From NCBI GenBank assembly GCA_963768575.1, contig CAVYIJ010000001.1:162912-226911 (forward strand): a DNA stretch of 64,000 nt. The letters are read 5' to 3'. The stretch's first letter is position 1. Each line of letters starts with the position of its first letter. This stretch comes from an uncultured Halobacteria archaeon (lineage in GTDB: Bacteria; Pseudomonadota; Gammaproteobacteria; UBA9214). Shown here in pieces: positions 9,351-22,103 of the stretch. Position numbers and translations under genes: made by a program. Below the pieces are notes generated by a model. That model did not search any database. It worked only from the letters and a program-made list of their open reading frames with translations, and was not told the origin of the DNA.

Positions 9351-9713
9351 TTAATTTCCTCTTGAATCCTGCATGCTGCTTTCATTCTATAGACGGTAAC
9401 TATTGTAAACAGGAAACAGGCCACGTTTCCGGTTCACTCGATTGTTGCATTAAACCATGGCCAGTCTCGTATTACCCTCTGCAACATCCGGTTTTTTATC
9501 AGCGTGCCACGTCACAAGCAGCCTGTAACTGCGCACGAATGTATTGAGTGTCGGAGCACATTCCCGATAAATCGCACTGCCATTGTCTTCACCATGCCTG
9601 TAACTGTGAAGCACATATCATTCCGCCGCCTGAAATTATGGTGCACTTGCTCCCGGTTCCCATGGCTGCATTTTACATGAAGCGTATTAACCTAATTTAG
9701 CGAGGATCGTTGG

Positions 9714-10618
9714 ATGAGAAAACTCGACCCAGGATTGACCGGAGCGGTGTTTGCCGTGTTACTTGTGATCGCCCAGGCGTTCAGCGCGTCCGCATCGGTA
9801 GCAGCCACCTTGCTCGCCGAGAACTTTGATGATGGTGGCGGTATCAACTCAATTTTCAACTTCACGAACAGCAGCGGGCAAGCACCATCGATGATGGGCG
9901 GTGGACCCACCGGGAATTTCGCACGCCTTACCAACTTGAGCACCGGCAACAATAATTCGCTCGCGTTCGATCTGGTTCCGGGGTCACTGAGTCCTGGATT
10001 CACGATTTACGTCGATTTTCGCATGAGCGATGATGCCACTGCGGTGGGCGCGGGTAGTGGTTTTGGCCAGGCCGCTGATGGCCTGGGGATTGGCCTTTTT
10101 GATGCCGGTTTGTTCCCTGCTACCGGCCCACTCAATCCCCTGTCGATCTGGGAGGACCCCCGGATCGATGCACAAGTGGGCTCCGTGATGATGGGCTTCG
10201 ACATATTCAGCTTTTCAGCCTTTGGCGGGAACAACGTACGCATGACCGGGTTGTCGGGTAATGAAGAACTGCTGGCGGACCTGACATCCCCGTTCACTCT
10301 CAACAGTGACGAGCTTTCACCAGGCACAATGGAGCTTTGCCGGTGCCGGCCCCAACGCAGTTATGTCGCTGAACCTCGTAGAGGACGTGAACGGGACTGC
10401 AATAATGCACCAACTGCTGGGGGGCATTCTCGTGCCGGGTCTCGGTCTCGACACCTTCAGTGGTCGCCTCATCCTGGGTGGACGTACCGGCGCGGCCTTC
10501 GCCAATGGTGACATCGACAATATCCGCATTGACACGAACATGGTGCCGGTCCCCACCGCAATACTGTTATTCGGTAGCGGGCTGGCGGGATTTAGTCCTG
10601 ATCGCCAGAAGAAGCTAG
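9714..10618 (+). CDS. Secreted PEP-CTERM (VPxP-CTERM) surface protein, possibly L-type-lectin-like; two +1 frameshifts (~10312, ~10592)
   Basis: Signal peptide; ADGLGIGLF motif. Joining the frames restores the C-terminus VPVPTAILLFGSGLAGLVLIARRS-stop (TAG 10616-10618), a typical exosortase sorting signal. Confidence 0.7.
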
Positions 10619-10645
10619 ACAGGACAGGAATCCGGAAAATTCGCC

Positions 10646-10689
10646 GGGGTCAGGACACACACTTCGCGGGAATATTGTGCCCTGACCCC
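10646..10689. repeat. GGGGTCAG...CTGACCCC palindromic extragenic element
   Basis: ggggtcaggacaca ... tgtgccctgacccc (13 of 14 bp pair), between convergent genes. Confidence 0.55.
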
Positions 10690-10704
10690 AATTGTTCCAT
10701 TGAG

Positions 10705-10938
10705 TCAGTTAATGTTGAACGAGGCGGTGTTAACCGGACAGGTGCAGATAAACCGTCCCAGGAATTTTTTCCTGAACGCGCATGACCTCTCGTCCCGGCA
10801 GTGTAGCAGCAGTACATCCCTGTCCATGAACGGTTCCACATTACACACGTATTTTCCTGACAAACATGCGTAATTCATGTCGCACCGGGTCTTGTTAAGG
10901 ATTTCAGGGTCAACATTCATGTTTCTTTTTAAAGTCAT
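10705..10938 (-). CDS. Small Cys-rich hypothetical protein (77 aa, 7 Cys)
   Basis: ..RCDMNYACLS..VC..HC..RSC..FICTCP; AAGG upstream. Confidence 0.55.
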   Translation of the reverse strand: MTLKRNMNVDPEILNKTRCDMNYACLSGKYVCNVEPFMDRDVLLLHCRDERSCAFRKKFLGRFICTCPVNTASFNIN

Positions 10939-11109
10939 TGTCTTCGCCTTTTCCGTTCCGGGTATTAGCCAAACATACAGGAAATGAGGAAGTTCATCTA
11001 TCACCAGGCAGGTTGCTACAAATGATAACGATTGCGTTTTGCCCCGAATCTTTTGTATGCGTTTTATGATTATAAATATTTACCGGAAATAACCGTGTTC
11101 GCAAGCCAT

Positions 11110-11469
11110 CTATTTTACCGTTTCACTGTCATCCCCCTGTTCCCATGGCCAATGACCTTCGACTTCAAGGTGGAGTGTAAAGCTCAGAAAAGTCCGGATG
11201 AGTATGATCAGTCCCAGTATCGTGACGTTGGTTAATGTATCCGCGACAACGACTGTCCGTATGATGTCCCCTGCAATCAGGAATTCCAGGCCGAGAATTA
11301 TCGACCGGCCCAGCTGGCGCCGGTATATTCGATAGGCATACCCTTCAGCCTCTGTGCTGTAATTCGACAGAAAGCGAAATGAAGACACTGCTGAACCGGC
11401 GATGATTACAAGGACGCCGATGGTCTCGATGCCGTAACCTGCTATCGATATCAGTTCTTTAAAATCCAT
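11110..11469 (-). CDS. DUF1622 family membrane protein
   Basis: R..LGRSIILGLEFLIAGDIIRTV...IRTFLS..L..E signature. Confidence 0.85.
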   Translation of the reverse strand: MDFKELISIAGYGIETIGVLVIIAGSAVSSFRFLSNYSTEAEGYAYRIYRRQLGRSIILGLEFLIAGDIIRTVVVADTLTNVTILGLIILIRTFLSFTLHLEVEGHWPWEQGDDSETVK

Positions 11470-11604
11470 GATTCAGGTTCCCGGCATCGCCACCATCAAT
11501 TCGTTTGAAAAGAAATATTGTGTTCTGCCACCAATTATGCCATTTATGCCGAATATACCAGAAGAGATGACAGATACCGTCACCACGGTGACCCGGAGGA
11601 GAGG

Positions 11605-12438
11605 ATGATACGTCACATTGCTGCTGTTTTAATGTTACTGGCGGTTCTGCCGTTGCAGGCTGCCGTTACGGGCAAGGAAGTCAGTTACCGGGCCGGTGAT
11701 ACGGTCATGAAGGGTTATCTCGCCTGGGACGATGCCGTGAGCGGCAAACGCCCGGGCATCCTGGTGGTGCATGAATGGTGGGGACACAATGACTATGCCC
11801 GCAAACGTGCCGACATGCTCGCGGAACTCGGCTACACGGCGCTGGCCGTGGACATGTACGGCGAGGGCAAGACCGCGGGACATCCGGAAGATGCCGGCAA
11901 GTTCTCCGGTGCGGTGCGCAAGGACCTGGACCTGATGCAGGCGCGCTTCAACGCCGCGCGCGACTTCCTGAATACACAGGAAACTGTTGACCCGGAACAG
12001 AATGCCGCCATCGGCTATTGCTTCGGCGGCAGCGTGGTGCTGTCCATGGCGCGGGCCGGCGCGGACCTCGACGGCGTGGTGAGTTTTCACGGCAGCCTCG
12101 GCGGCCTGCCGCCGGTGGATGACGCCATCACCGCCAGGGTGCTGGTCGCCAACGGGGCTGATGACGGCTTCGTCAGCGCGGAATCCATCGCCGTGTTCAA
12201 GGACGACATGGACGTGGCCGGCGCGGACTACACCTTCATTGACTATCCCGGCGCAAAACACAGCTTTACCAATCCGGGCGCCAATGCCTTCGGTGAAAAA
12301 TTCAACCTGCCGCTGGAATACAACGCTGAGGCAGACAAGGCTTCATGGGCTGCCATGCTGGATTTCCTTGACCGGATATTCAAATCACAGCGCCAACAGC
12401 GCATTAACCACGGGGAAGATCATGCTCAAGACGGGTGA
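11605..12438 (+). CDS. Secreted dienelactone hydrolase family protein
   Basis: Signal peptide, HEWWG, nucleophile GYCFGG, FHG and HSFTNP; GGAG RBS. Confidence 0.88.
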   Translation: MIRHIAAVLMLLAVLPLQAAVTGKEVSYRAGDTVMKGYLAWDDAVSGKRPGILVVHEWWGHNDYARKRADMLAELGYTALAVDMYGEGKTAGHPEDAGKFSGAVRKDLDLMQARFNAARDFLNTQETVDPEQNAAIGYCFGGSVVLSMARAGADLDGVVSFHGSLGGLPPVDDAITARVLVANGADDGFVSAESIAVFKDDMDVAGADYTFIDYPGAKHSFTNPGANAFGEKFNLPLEYNAEADKASWAAMLDFLDRIFKSQRQQRINHGEDHAQDG

Positions 12439-12892
12439 TACGGCTCCGGCCATCGAATTGCCGGACGCGGATATGAACATGCGCACACTGGCGGAATTCG
12501 CCGGATCGTGGGTAGTGGTGTATTTCTACCCCAGGGACGACACGCCCGGCTGTACCATCCAGGCGAATGAATTTACCGACCTCAGCGAGGAATTCGCGGA
12601 TGCCGGTATCACCGTACTCGGTATCAGCGCCGATGATTGTTTCAGCCACCAGGCATTCCGCGAGAAGTTCGGCCTGAAAGTCAACCTGCTGTCCGATGTC
12701 GAAAAGGTTGCCTGCAACGACTACGGTGTGTTCCAGGAGAAGGAAAAGGACGGCGTGAAGAAAAAGGGTATCGTGCGCTCAACCTTCGTGGTTGATCCCG
12801 ACGGCAGGCTGGCCTGCGTGGAATACGGCGTCACGCCGAAAGACCATGCGCGCAAGATGCTGGAATTTGTGCGGGCATCTGCAAAAGTATGA
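12422..12892 (+). CDS. bcp: Peroxiredoxin, BCP/PrxQ family
   Basis: YFYPRDDTPGCT and RSTFVVDPDG motifs. Confidence 0.88.
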   Translation: MLKTGDTAPAIELPDADMNMRTLAEFAGSWVVVYFYPRDDTPGCTIQANEFTDLSEEFADAGITVLGISADDCFSHQAFREKFGLKVNLLSDVEKVACNDYGVFQEKEKDGVKKKGIVRSTFVVDPDGRLACVEYGVTPKDHARKMLEFVRASAKV

Positions 12893-12931
12893 GGTATACA
12901 GGTATTTAAAAAGAGAGTTGAACAACAGGGA

Positions 12932-12979
12932 GGTCGGTAACAAACGGCGACAATTACGTCATGTTACCGACCCTTTTTT
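12932..12979 (+). terminator. Putative intrinsic terminator
   Basis: ggtcggtaaca...tgttaccgacc stem followed by a T-run, between convergent genes. Confidence 0.5.
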
Positions 12980-12986
12980 CTATGGA

Positions 12987-13253
12987 TTACCTGGAAAGTC
13001 GCTCGTTGATACGATGGTAAGTATCCTTCAGCTCTTCGCCTACTATTTTTGCCTTGGCAATAAATTCCTCGGAAGCCTCTTTGGTATCGTTGGCTATTTC
13101 AGCGGCTTTCGCTTTCACATGTACCCATTGTTTTTCTGCCTCTTCAATTTCCTCCTTGACTTCCATGGAAGCCAGATGCAGTTTTAGATTTATTTCATCG
13201 CGTTCTACCTTGATCTTTTCCAGCAGATTTTTAAAATCTTCCTTGTTTGGCAT
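12987..13253 (-). CDS. Small coiled-coil hypothetical protein
   Basis: RDEINLKLHLASME.KEE pattern; GAGG RBS; Lys/Glu-rich helical sequence. Confidence 0.7.
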   Translation of the reverse strand: MPNKEDFKNLLEKIKVERDEINLKLHLASMEVKEEIEEAEKQWVHVKAKAAEIANDTKEASEEFIAKAKIVGEELKDTYHRINERLSR

Positions 13254-13587
13254 GATGGACCTCGCTTTAATCTGGTTTGGCGGAAAATACGAATACCGGT
13301 TAAACGGTGTCGGTGACACACGAGAACCAGCCTCGCTTGTCAACAATCCCCTTTATTCACAACTATACGACACAACTACCCGTCTGCGACATGGAGTGCG
13401 GGTGGCAGGGAAGTCTACTCGAAACCGGTGTGAGTGCATATTTTCGCCGGGCTCTGGAAATATCGGCTGATTCGTCGTGACCGGGCGCGGAGAAAAACCC
13501 GTGCTGCCGGTTGTAATGGCCCGGTGCCGGGTCCCTGCCTGTGCGGGGGCGACAGCTATGTAACGAGGATGGCGGTAGCCCGCTTAC

Positions 13588-17265
<3,678 letters not shown>

Positions 17266-17534
17266 GACTTTCAATCAAATAGCACAAAAGGACGGCAGTT
17301 TAACATGGCCGCTCGGGATAATCGTCTGCTCCGCAGGTTAATTCGAATGACGCCGTGGAGAAATCACGCGCTGGGCCGGTCAGACTAAATAGGGTAAGCA
17401 AACGGCACCAGTGCCCCAGATGTGGGATTATACTCATAGTATTCCCTTGTTAGCCAACAAGTTACCTGTACTCAACCTATTGGTGATAAAACCGTTATAA
17501 CTGTATGGCATTAAATCCCTTTACAAACGGCCAC

Positions 17535-18296
17535 ATGAAGAAGCCAGCGGCCCTGCTGCTGGTATGCGTACTGTCGTTACCGGTTTCGAAACCCGCGCAG
17601 GCGGAAGTGGATGACATGTTCAGCGTGATGTTCCGCATGATGCTGATCATGGCGAACGTGATGTCGGATGCAATGCTCGGCAACAACAATAACTTCGGCA
17701 ATAACCTGGGCAACAACTGGGGCAACAGCTTTGGCGGCCTCAATTCGTTCAACATGGGCATGAGTGCCCTGCCGATGATGTCGGGTTTTACTTCGCCGTG
17801 GAACAGTATTGGCAGCTCGCCGATGGGTATGTCGCCCTGGAACAGTTTTGGCGGCGCGCCGATGGGCATGTCACCCTGGAACAGTTTTGGCAGCACGCCA
17901 TGGGGCGGTTCACCGTGGGGCGGGAACGGATTCAACCGGTATTCAGGCGGGTACCCGGGCAACGCCAATACACCCTATGGCGGCAGATACGGCTATCCCG
18001 GCGCGCGTTCGCCCTATTCTGTTGCATCGTTGCTGGATGGCCGCTGGTACGGTAATACCGGCGAAGTCCTCGAAATCAATGGTAAGCGCTTTCAGTTGCG
18101 CACCGGCGGAGTAAGTGTCGGGGGGACCCTGGCGATTCAAAATAACATCCTCACCCTGTACAGCCCGCAGACCAATACGACGACACGCTACACATATTTG
18201 CTGAACCAGTCAGTATTGTTGTTGGGCAACGGCAGTGGCACGGTGCTGACCTTCCGCAAGGTCGCGCCTTTTGGCGGTACGGGTTTCTTCAGGTAG
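17535..18296 (+). CDS. Secreted low-complexity Gly/Asn/Pro/Trp-repeat protein with a C-terminal beta domain
   Basis: Signal peptide ending AQA; SPWNS(F/I)G repeats; C-terminal LDGRWYG..GE domain. Confidence 0.7.
   Translation: MKKPAALLLVCVLSLPVSKPAQAEVDDMFSVMFRMMLIMANVMSDAMLGNNNNFGNNLGNNWGNSFGGLNSFNMGMSALPMMSGFTSPWNSIGSSPMGMSPWNSFGGAPMGMSPWNSFGSTPWGGSPWGGNGFNRYSGGYPGNANTPYGGRYGYPGARSPYSVASLLDGRWYGNTGEVLEINGKRFQLRTGGVSVGGTLAIQNNILTLYSPQTNTTTRYTYLLNQSVLLLGNGSGTVLTFRKVAPFGGTGFFR
17793..17918 (+). repeat. Intragenic 39-bp tandem repeat (3 copies plus a partial)
   Basis: Units start at 17793, 17832, 17871 and 17910 (tcrccstggaacagt...). Confidence 0.8.
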
Positions 18297-18373
18297 TCGC
18301 AGCTGCCTGGTGTGCCGGTACCGGCCGGGTCTCACCTGAACATGTTCCGGTAAACGCGGCGTCCCGCGAATGA

Positions 18374-19744
18374 TCATTCGGCCAACGGCAACCCGCTGGG
18401 CACGCTTGCCGGCGTATCGCTGCGCAGGTCGATGGCGGCACGGTCTGTCAGCGCATGCAGGAATTCAATCAGGTCCGAAACCTGCCGGTCGTTCAATTTT
18501 ACCGGCGAGAGTTCATTGGCATCTGCAATTGCGCCGCGTCGCGCCACATCGTTCATAACCACGAAATCAAGTTCATCCAGGTCGGCACGGGACGGCAGCA
18601 TGGACTGCGCCTGGTCATAGTTATGCAGTGAATTAACCGGATCGAGGTGATGCCTGACAACGGCCTCCAGCGTGTTGTACGCGCCGGCATGACCATAAGG
18701 TGCCGTCAACGCCACGTTACGCAGCGTCAGGGTACGGAACCGGAACCGGTCCCCGGGATTGCCGGTCACGCGTTCGCGGCCGAAATCATCCAGTCCATCA
18801 CTGTATCCCGCCAGGTTGTCGCCCTTGCCCGGACCGATCTGCGGCATGGCAATGGCGTGGAAATCGTGGTCCGTCTGAAATTTACCGGAGTGACAACTTG
18901 CGCAATTCCCCTTGCCATAAAAAATGCGCATGCCGCGCCTGGCCGCCGGGCTCATCGAACGCTTGTCGCCGCGCAGGAAACGGTCAAACGGGCTGTCATC
19001 AAAACGCCAGGCTGTCGCCTCGAAGGCCGCTATCGCATTGGCCGCATCGACATAGCTGATATCCGCTGCGGACCGAATGTCCGGGTAGGCCGCCATGAAC
19101 AGGTCGACATATTCCGGTATCGCGCGGAGCTTGTCGGCGAGCTGATCCCACACGCCGCCCGGACCGGCCAGGTTGCCGGCTGCCACGGCATCCGCCTGTT
19201 CATTTTCGCCGGGCTGGCCGGCCATTTCGGCAGCCGATGTCACCGGGAACATTGCCTGTACAGCGAGCGCGTTTTCGAGACCGGCCGGCAGCGCGTCTCC
19301 CGCCGGGCTCTGAAACCCTGACGGGTGGGCAGCGTCCTGCATAATCCTGCCATCGTGAAACATGAGGGTGAATTCGCGCGCGCCCAGGTTGAACACGGGT
19401 GGCGCGTTGCGCGGGACCCGTTCATGGATGGCATCGTCCCCGTAGCCGGTGTTGCGACTAACACCCAGGCCAAACCCGCCCTCACCCACGGGTAGTGACA
19501 GGCCGTCACCGGTATCTGCCAGGGTATGATGGCAGGTGGCGCAGGAGGTATTCAGGTTGCCGCTGAGAATCTTGTCGAAGAACAGGTGCTTGCCAAGCTC
19601 GACCTGTGCGTCATTGGCGACGCCCCCGTTATGGTAATCGGCATCGTTGACCGGCTTGATGTGAAAATCGGCGGATTGGGCGGTACTGCAAAATACAACG
19701 AATAATGATGTAACGATACGCTGCGAGCATTTCCTTGAAATCAT
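18374..19744 (-). CDS. Diheme cytochrome c peroxidase / MauG superfamily protein
   Basis: Signal peptide, LFFDKILSG, CATCH, RNAP, CASCH and LRNVALTAPYGHAG motifs. Confidence 0.85.
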   Translation of the reverse strand: MISRKCSQRIVTSLFVVFCSTAQSADFHIKPVNDADYHNGGVANDAQVELGKHLFFDKILSGNLNTSCATCHHTLADTGDGLSLPVGEGGFGLGVSRNTGYGDDAIHERVPRNAPPVFNLGAREFTLMFHDGRIMQDAAHPSGFQSPAGDALPAGLENALAVQAMFPVTSAAEMAGQPGENEQADAVAAGNLAGPGGVWDQLADKLRAIPEYVDLFMAAYPDIRSAADISYVDAANAIAAFEATAWRFDDSPFDRFLRGDKRSMSPAARRGMRIFYGKGNCASCHSGKFQTDHDFHAIAMPQIGPGKGDNLAGYSDGLDDFGRERVTGNPGDRFRFRTLTLRNVALTAPYGHAGAYNTLEAVVRHHLDPVNSLHNYDQAQSMLPSRADLDELDFVVMNDVARRGAIADANELSPVKLNDRQVSDLIEFLHALTDRAAIDLRSDTPASVPSGLPLAE

Positions 19745-19915
19745 GTGCCTTCCAGTCTGATGGTAATTCGGGGATTCGGAATCGGGACTGGAATTCTAGC
19801 AAGGCGGACTGTTTTTTGAATGTGACCGATTGTCGCAGCTGTTGTGCGTGCCTGTGCAGGCATAAGTGTTCGGGATGGTATGCACGGATAGTTCCGTGAT
19901 CCTGTGCATTCAAAA

Positions 19916-19981
19916 AATCGCGCCTGCAAGGCGCTCCTGCAGATGTTTCCAGTAGCGCAGGAGCGCCTTGCAGGCGCGATT
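19916..19981. repeat. REP-like doublet (25-bp perfect inverted repeat, 16-nt spacer)
   Basis: aatcgcgcctgcaaggcgctcctgc ... gcaggagcgccttgcaggcgcgatt; related copies at 34358 and 35530. Confidence 0.75.
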
Positions 19982-20017
19982 AGATAAAATTAGCAGGACT
20001 GCAGCAGTACGCTACCG

Positions 20018-20380
20018 TCAGCGATATTTTTCGTGGAATTCCTGCAGTAGCTGATCGCGGCTGATCGGATCCAGCAGTTGCATCTCGACCAGTATTTCGC
20101 CCAGGAAAGGGCGCATTTCAGCCTGTATTTGAAGAATTCTGGTCAGATCACTGTCTTCCAGCAGGCCAAGTTCAACCGCTATTTCACCAAAGCGTTTAGT
20201 GCTTCCCGCCTGTTCGCGCAGAATGCGCATGACCTGCTTGACGGTCAGGAGATTTTCCTTGATGGCGATCGCGCCGATATAGTCCGTCCTTTGACGCTGG
20301 ATATCCAGCGCCTCCAGTACCTGTTCCTCGGTGACCTCACCGCATGTAACCAGGTACTCCCCGAATCTGTTCGTTTTCAT
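20018..20380 (-). CDS. Stand-alone MshEN-motif repeat protein (putative c-di-GMP receptor)
   Basis: Four 24-aa motifs of the RLGxxLLxxGLxxxxxLxxxLxxQ type with 5-aa linkers; GGAG RBS. Confidence 0.7.
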   Translation of the reverse strand: MKTNRFGEYLVTCGEVTEEQVLEALDIQRQRTDYIGAIAIKENLLTVKQVMRILREQAGSTKRFGEIAVELGLLEDSDLTRILQIQAEMRPFLGEILVEMQLLDPISRDQLLQEFHEKYR

Positions 20381-20414
20381 AACAGCACTCCATGCCGTAT
20401 ATGTATTCAAGAAC

Positions 20415-20441
20415 GCGGAGACGGACAGAATCCGTCTCCGC
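20415..20441 (-). terminator. Hairpin between cytochrome c5 and the MshEN gene
   Basis: gcggagacgga-cagaa-tccgtctccgc, 11-bp perfect stem, weak U-tract. Confidence 0.4.
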
Positions 20442-20449
20442 AGCAACCA

Positions 20450-20923
20450 TCAGGAGCCCTGTTCGACCATGTAGAGCACCGCTGCACGCAGCTCATCATC
20501 GCCGCAGCTCATGCAGGCGCCTTTCGGCGGCATGGCGTTGAGGCCTTTAATGACCGATGCCGTCAGGGCATCATTGCCCTTGGCTATGCGTGGCGCCCAG
20601 GCAGCCTTATCGCCGAGTTTCGGGGCACCCGCAACACCGGCGGCGTGGCATGCATGGCAGGATGCCTGGTAGATCTTCTGACCGTCAACGGCGGCAGTCT
20701 GCGTAGCGGCCGGTTTGTCGGCGGCCGCCTGCGGCTGCTCCGGCATGGCGGCGGGTTCCGGCGCCATGACAGGCGGTGCCGTGACGGGCGGCGCTGTGGC
20801 CGGTGCAGTGCTCTGCTGGGCGGTGTTATCCGTTTCCGAGCAGCCGGCGCCCAGCAGTATCAGCAGTGCCAGTGGTACTGCCTGTGCGATATGCACGCGC
20901 CGTGTGTTTTTACGAGTAAACAT
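20450..20923 (-). CDS. Lipoprotein-anchored cytochrome c5
   Basis: Lipobox LGAGC, Pro/Ala linker, CHACH..G..GAPK.GD..AW..R and MPPKG.C..C; strong AAGGAGGT RBS. Confidence 0.88.
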   Translation of the reverse strand: MFTRKNTRRVHIAQAVPLALLILLGAGCSETDNTAQQSTAPATAPPVTAPPVMAPEPAAMPEQPQAAADKPAATQTAAVDGQKIYQASCHACHAAGVAGAPKLGDKAAWAPRIAKGNDALTASVIKGLNAMPPKGACMSCGDDELRAAVLYMVEQGS

Positions 20924-21188
20924 TATTCACCTCCTTGATGATGGGATCGGTAACCAACTGCTGCGCAGTGTACGTGAAACCGAAGGGGTGAAAAAGGGGC
21001 TGTTTGTGATACTGATACGGCGCAATGCAGGCTGACTGCGCGAGATACGCGGGATAACTGCGTTAAAATTCAGGCAGTACGACTGCTGTTCCCGGTGAGT
21101 CAGGCGGAATATGGCCGCCAGTGGCCAGTCAGGACTGACCAACGGCTCTCCATGCACCCGGCACCGGGCATGCCCGGGCCGGGATATT

Positions 21189-21674
21189 TCAGGTGCTGAG
21201 GAACGAAATGTTGCCTTCACCGTAACCGGGAATCTTTACCCTGTAGTCGGATCGGCCCGGCGCCGCGTCAACCATCGAACGTGCGGATTCCGGCAGTGCA
21301 TCCGGACTGTCATACAGCGCTTCCAGTTTCAGATGTGGCGTTTCGTTCGTCATGAAAAGCCGGGAGCAGATGTTCATGATTTCATGCAGGTTACCGCGCA
21401 TCATCTCCGTCAGATCACCGCTTTTCGCGGCATCTTCGGCACCGCCCGCCGGTATCATTGATAACGCGGCACCGGAGTAGGCGGCGAAGGGCAGGTCGCA
21501 GCAACAGGCTGTTACCGGGGTGCCCTCGTCATTGATGTATACGGCAACAATGCTGTTGCTGCCGCTATCGGTTGCAACCGGTTCGCCCGGGTCGACGCCA
21601 AAGCCGTCGGCATACAACATGCCAAGCATTTGTCTGACTTCCTTGTCTTTCGGAACGGGATGTACTGTAGCCAT
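21189..21674 (-). CDS. Hypothetical chemotaxis-associated protein, CheC/CheX-like
   Basis: Last gene of the che operon, directly after cheY; contains NLHEIMNICS, resembling the E-x2-N phosphatase motif. Confidence 0.5.
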   Translation of the reverse strand: MATVHPVPKDKEVRQMLGMLYADGFGVDPGEPVATDSGSNSIVAVYINDEGTPVTACCCDLPFAAYSGAALSMIPAGGAEDAAKSGDLTEMMRGNLHEIMNICSRLFMTNETPHLKLEALYDSPDALPESARSMVDAAPGRSDYRVKIPGYGEGNISFLST

Positions 21675-21707
21675 GATACAGGCCTCCTTGTTGGTTGGTT
21701 GTCGGGG

Positions 21708-22070
21708 TTACTTGATAAATGCGTTCAGCGCTGACCTGAATGAGTCAGGCGTGAACGGTTTGGATATCATGAAGCTTGCCCCCAGTTCGGTGGCCTTGTC
21801 CTTCATTTCCTGGGTTGTTTCGGTAGTAACGAAGCCGAAGGTGGTTTCAATACCTTCGTCGGTTAATGCCTGCAGGAATTCCGGGCCGGTCATGTTAGGC
21901 ATGTTCCAGTCACACAGGATCAGGTCGGGTTTGTCGCCCTTGACATGCTCCAGTGCTTGCGCGCCATCCTCTGCCTGTGAAAAATCATGGCCTTCGTAAC
22001 CGGCTTCACGCAGGGTCTTCATTACTATCAGCCGCATGGCGCGACTGTCATCCACGATAAGTATATTCAT
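21708..22070 (-). CDS. cheY: Single-domain response regulator CheY
   Basis: ILIVDDS, DWNMPNM and KPFT motifs; located in the che operon. Confidence 0.85.
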   Translation of the reverse strand: MNILIVDDSRAMRLIVMKTLREAGYEGHDFSQAEDGAQALEHVKGDKPDLILCDWNMPNMTGPEFLQALTDEGIETTFGFVTTETTQEMKDKATELGASFMISKPFTPDSFRSALNAFIK

Positions 22071-22103
22071 GGCAATCTCCTTTTGACATGGTTTGGTAAA
22101 ACA

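Noticed and set aside
17266-17500. SAM, SAH or cobalamin riboswitch upstream of metH
   Set aside because: No recognisable conserved motifs by eye; an Rfam scan would be needed to exclude one fully.
17793-17918. CRISPR-like periodic repeat
   Set aside because: The 39-bp units are contiguous, in frame within a coding sequence, have no unique spacers, and no cas genes are present.
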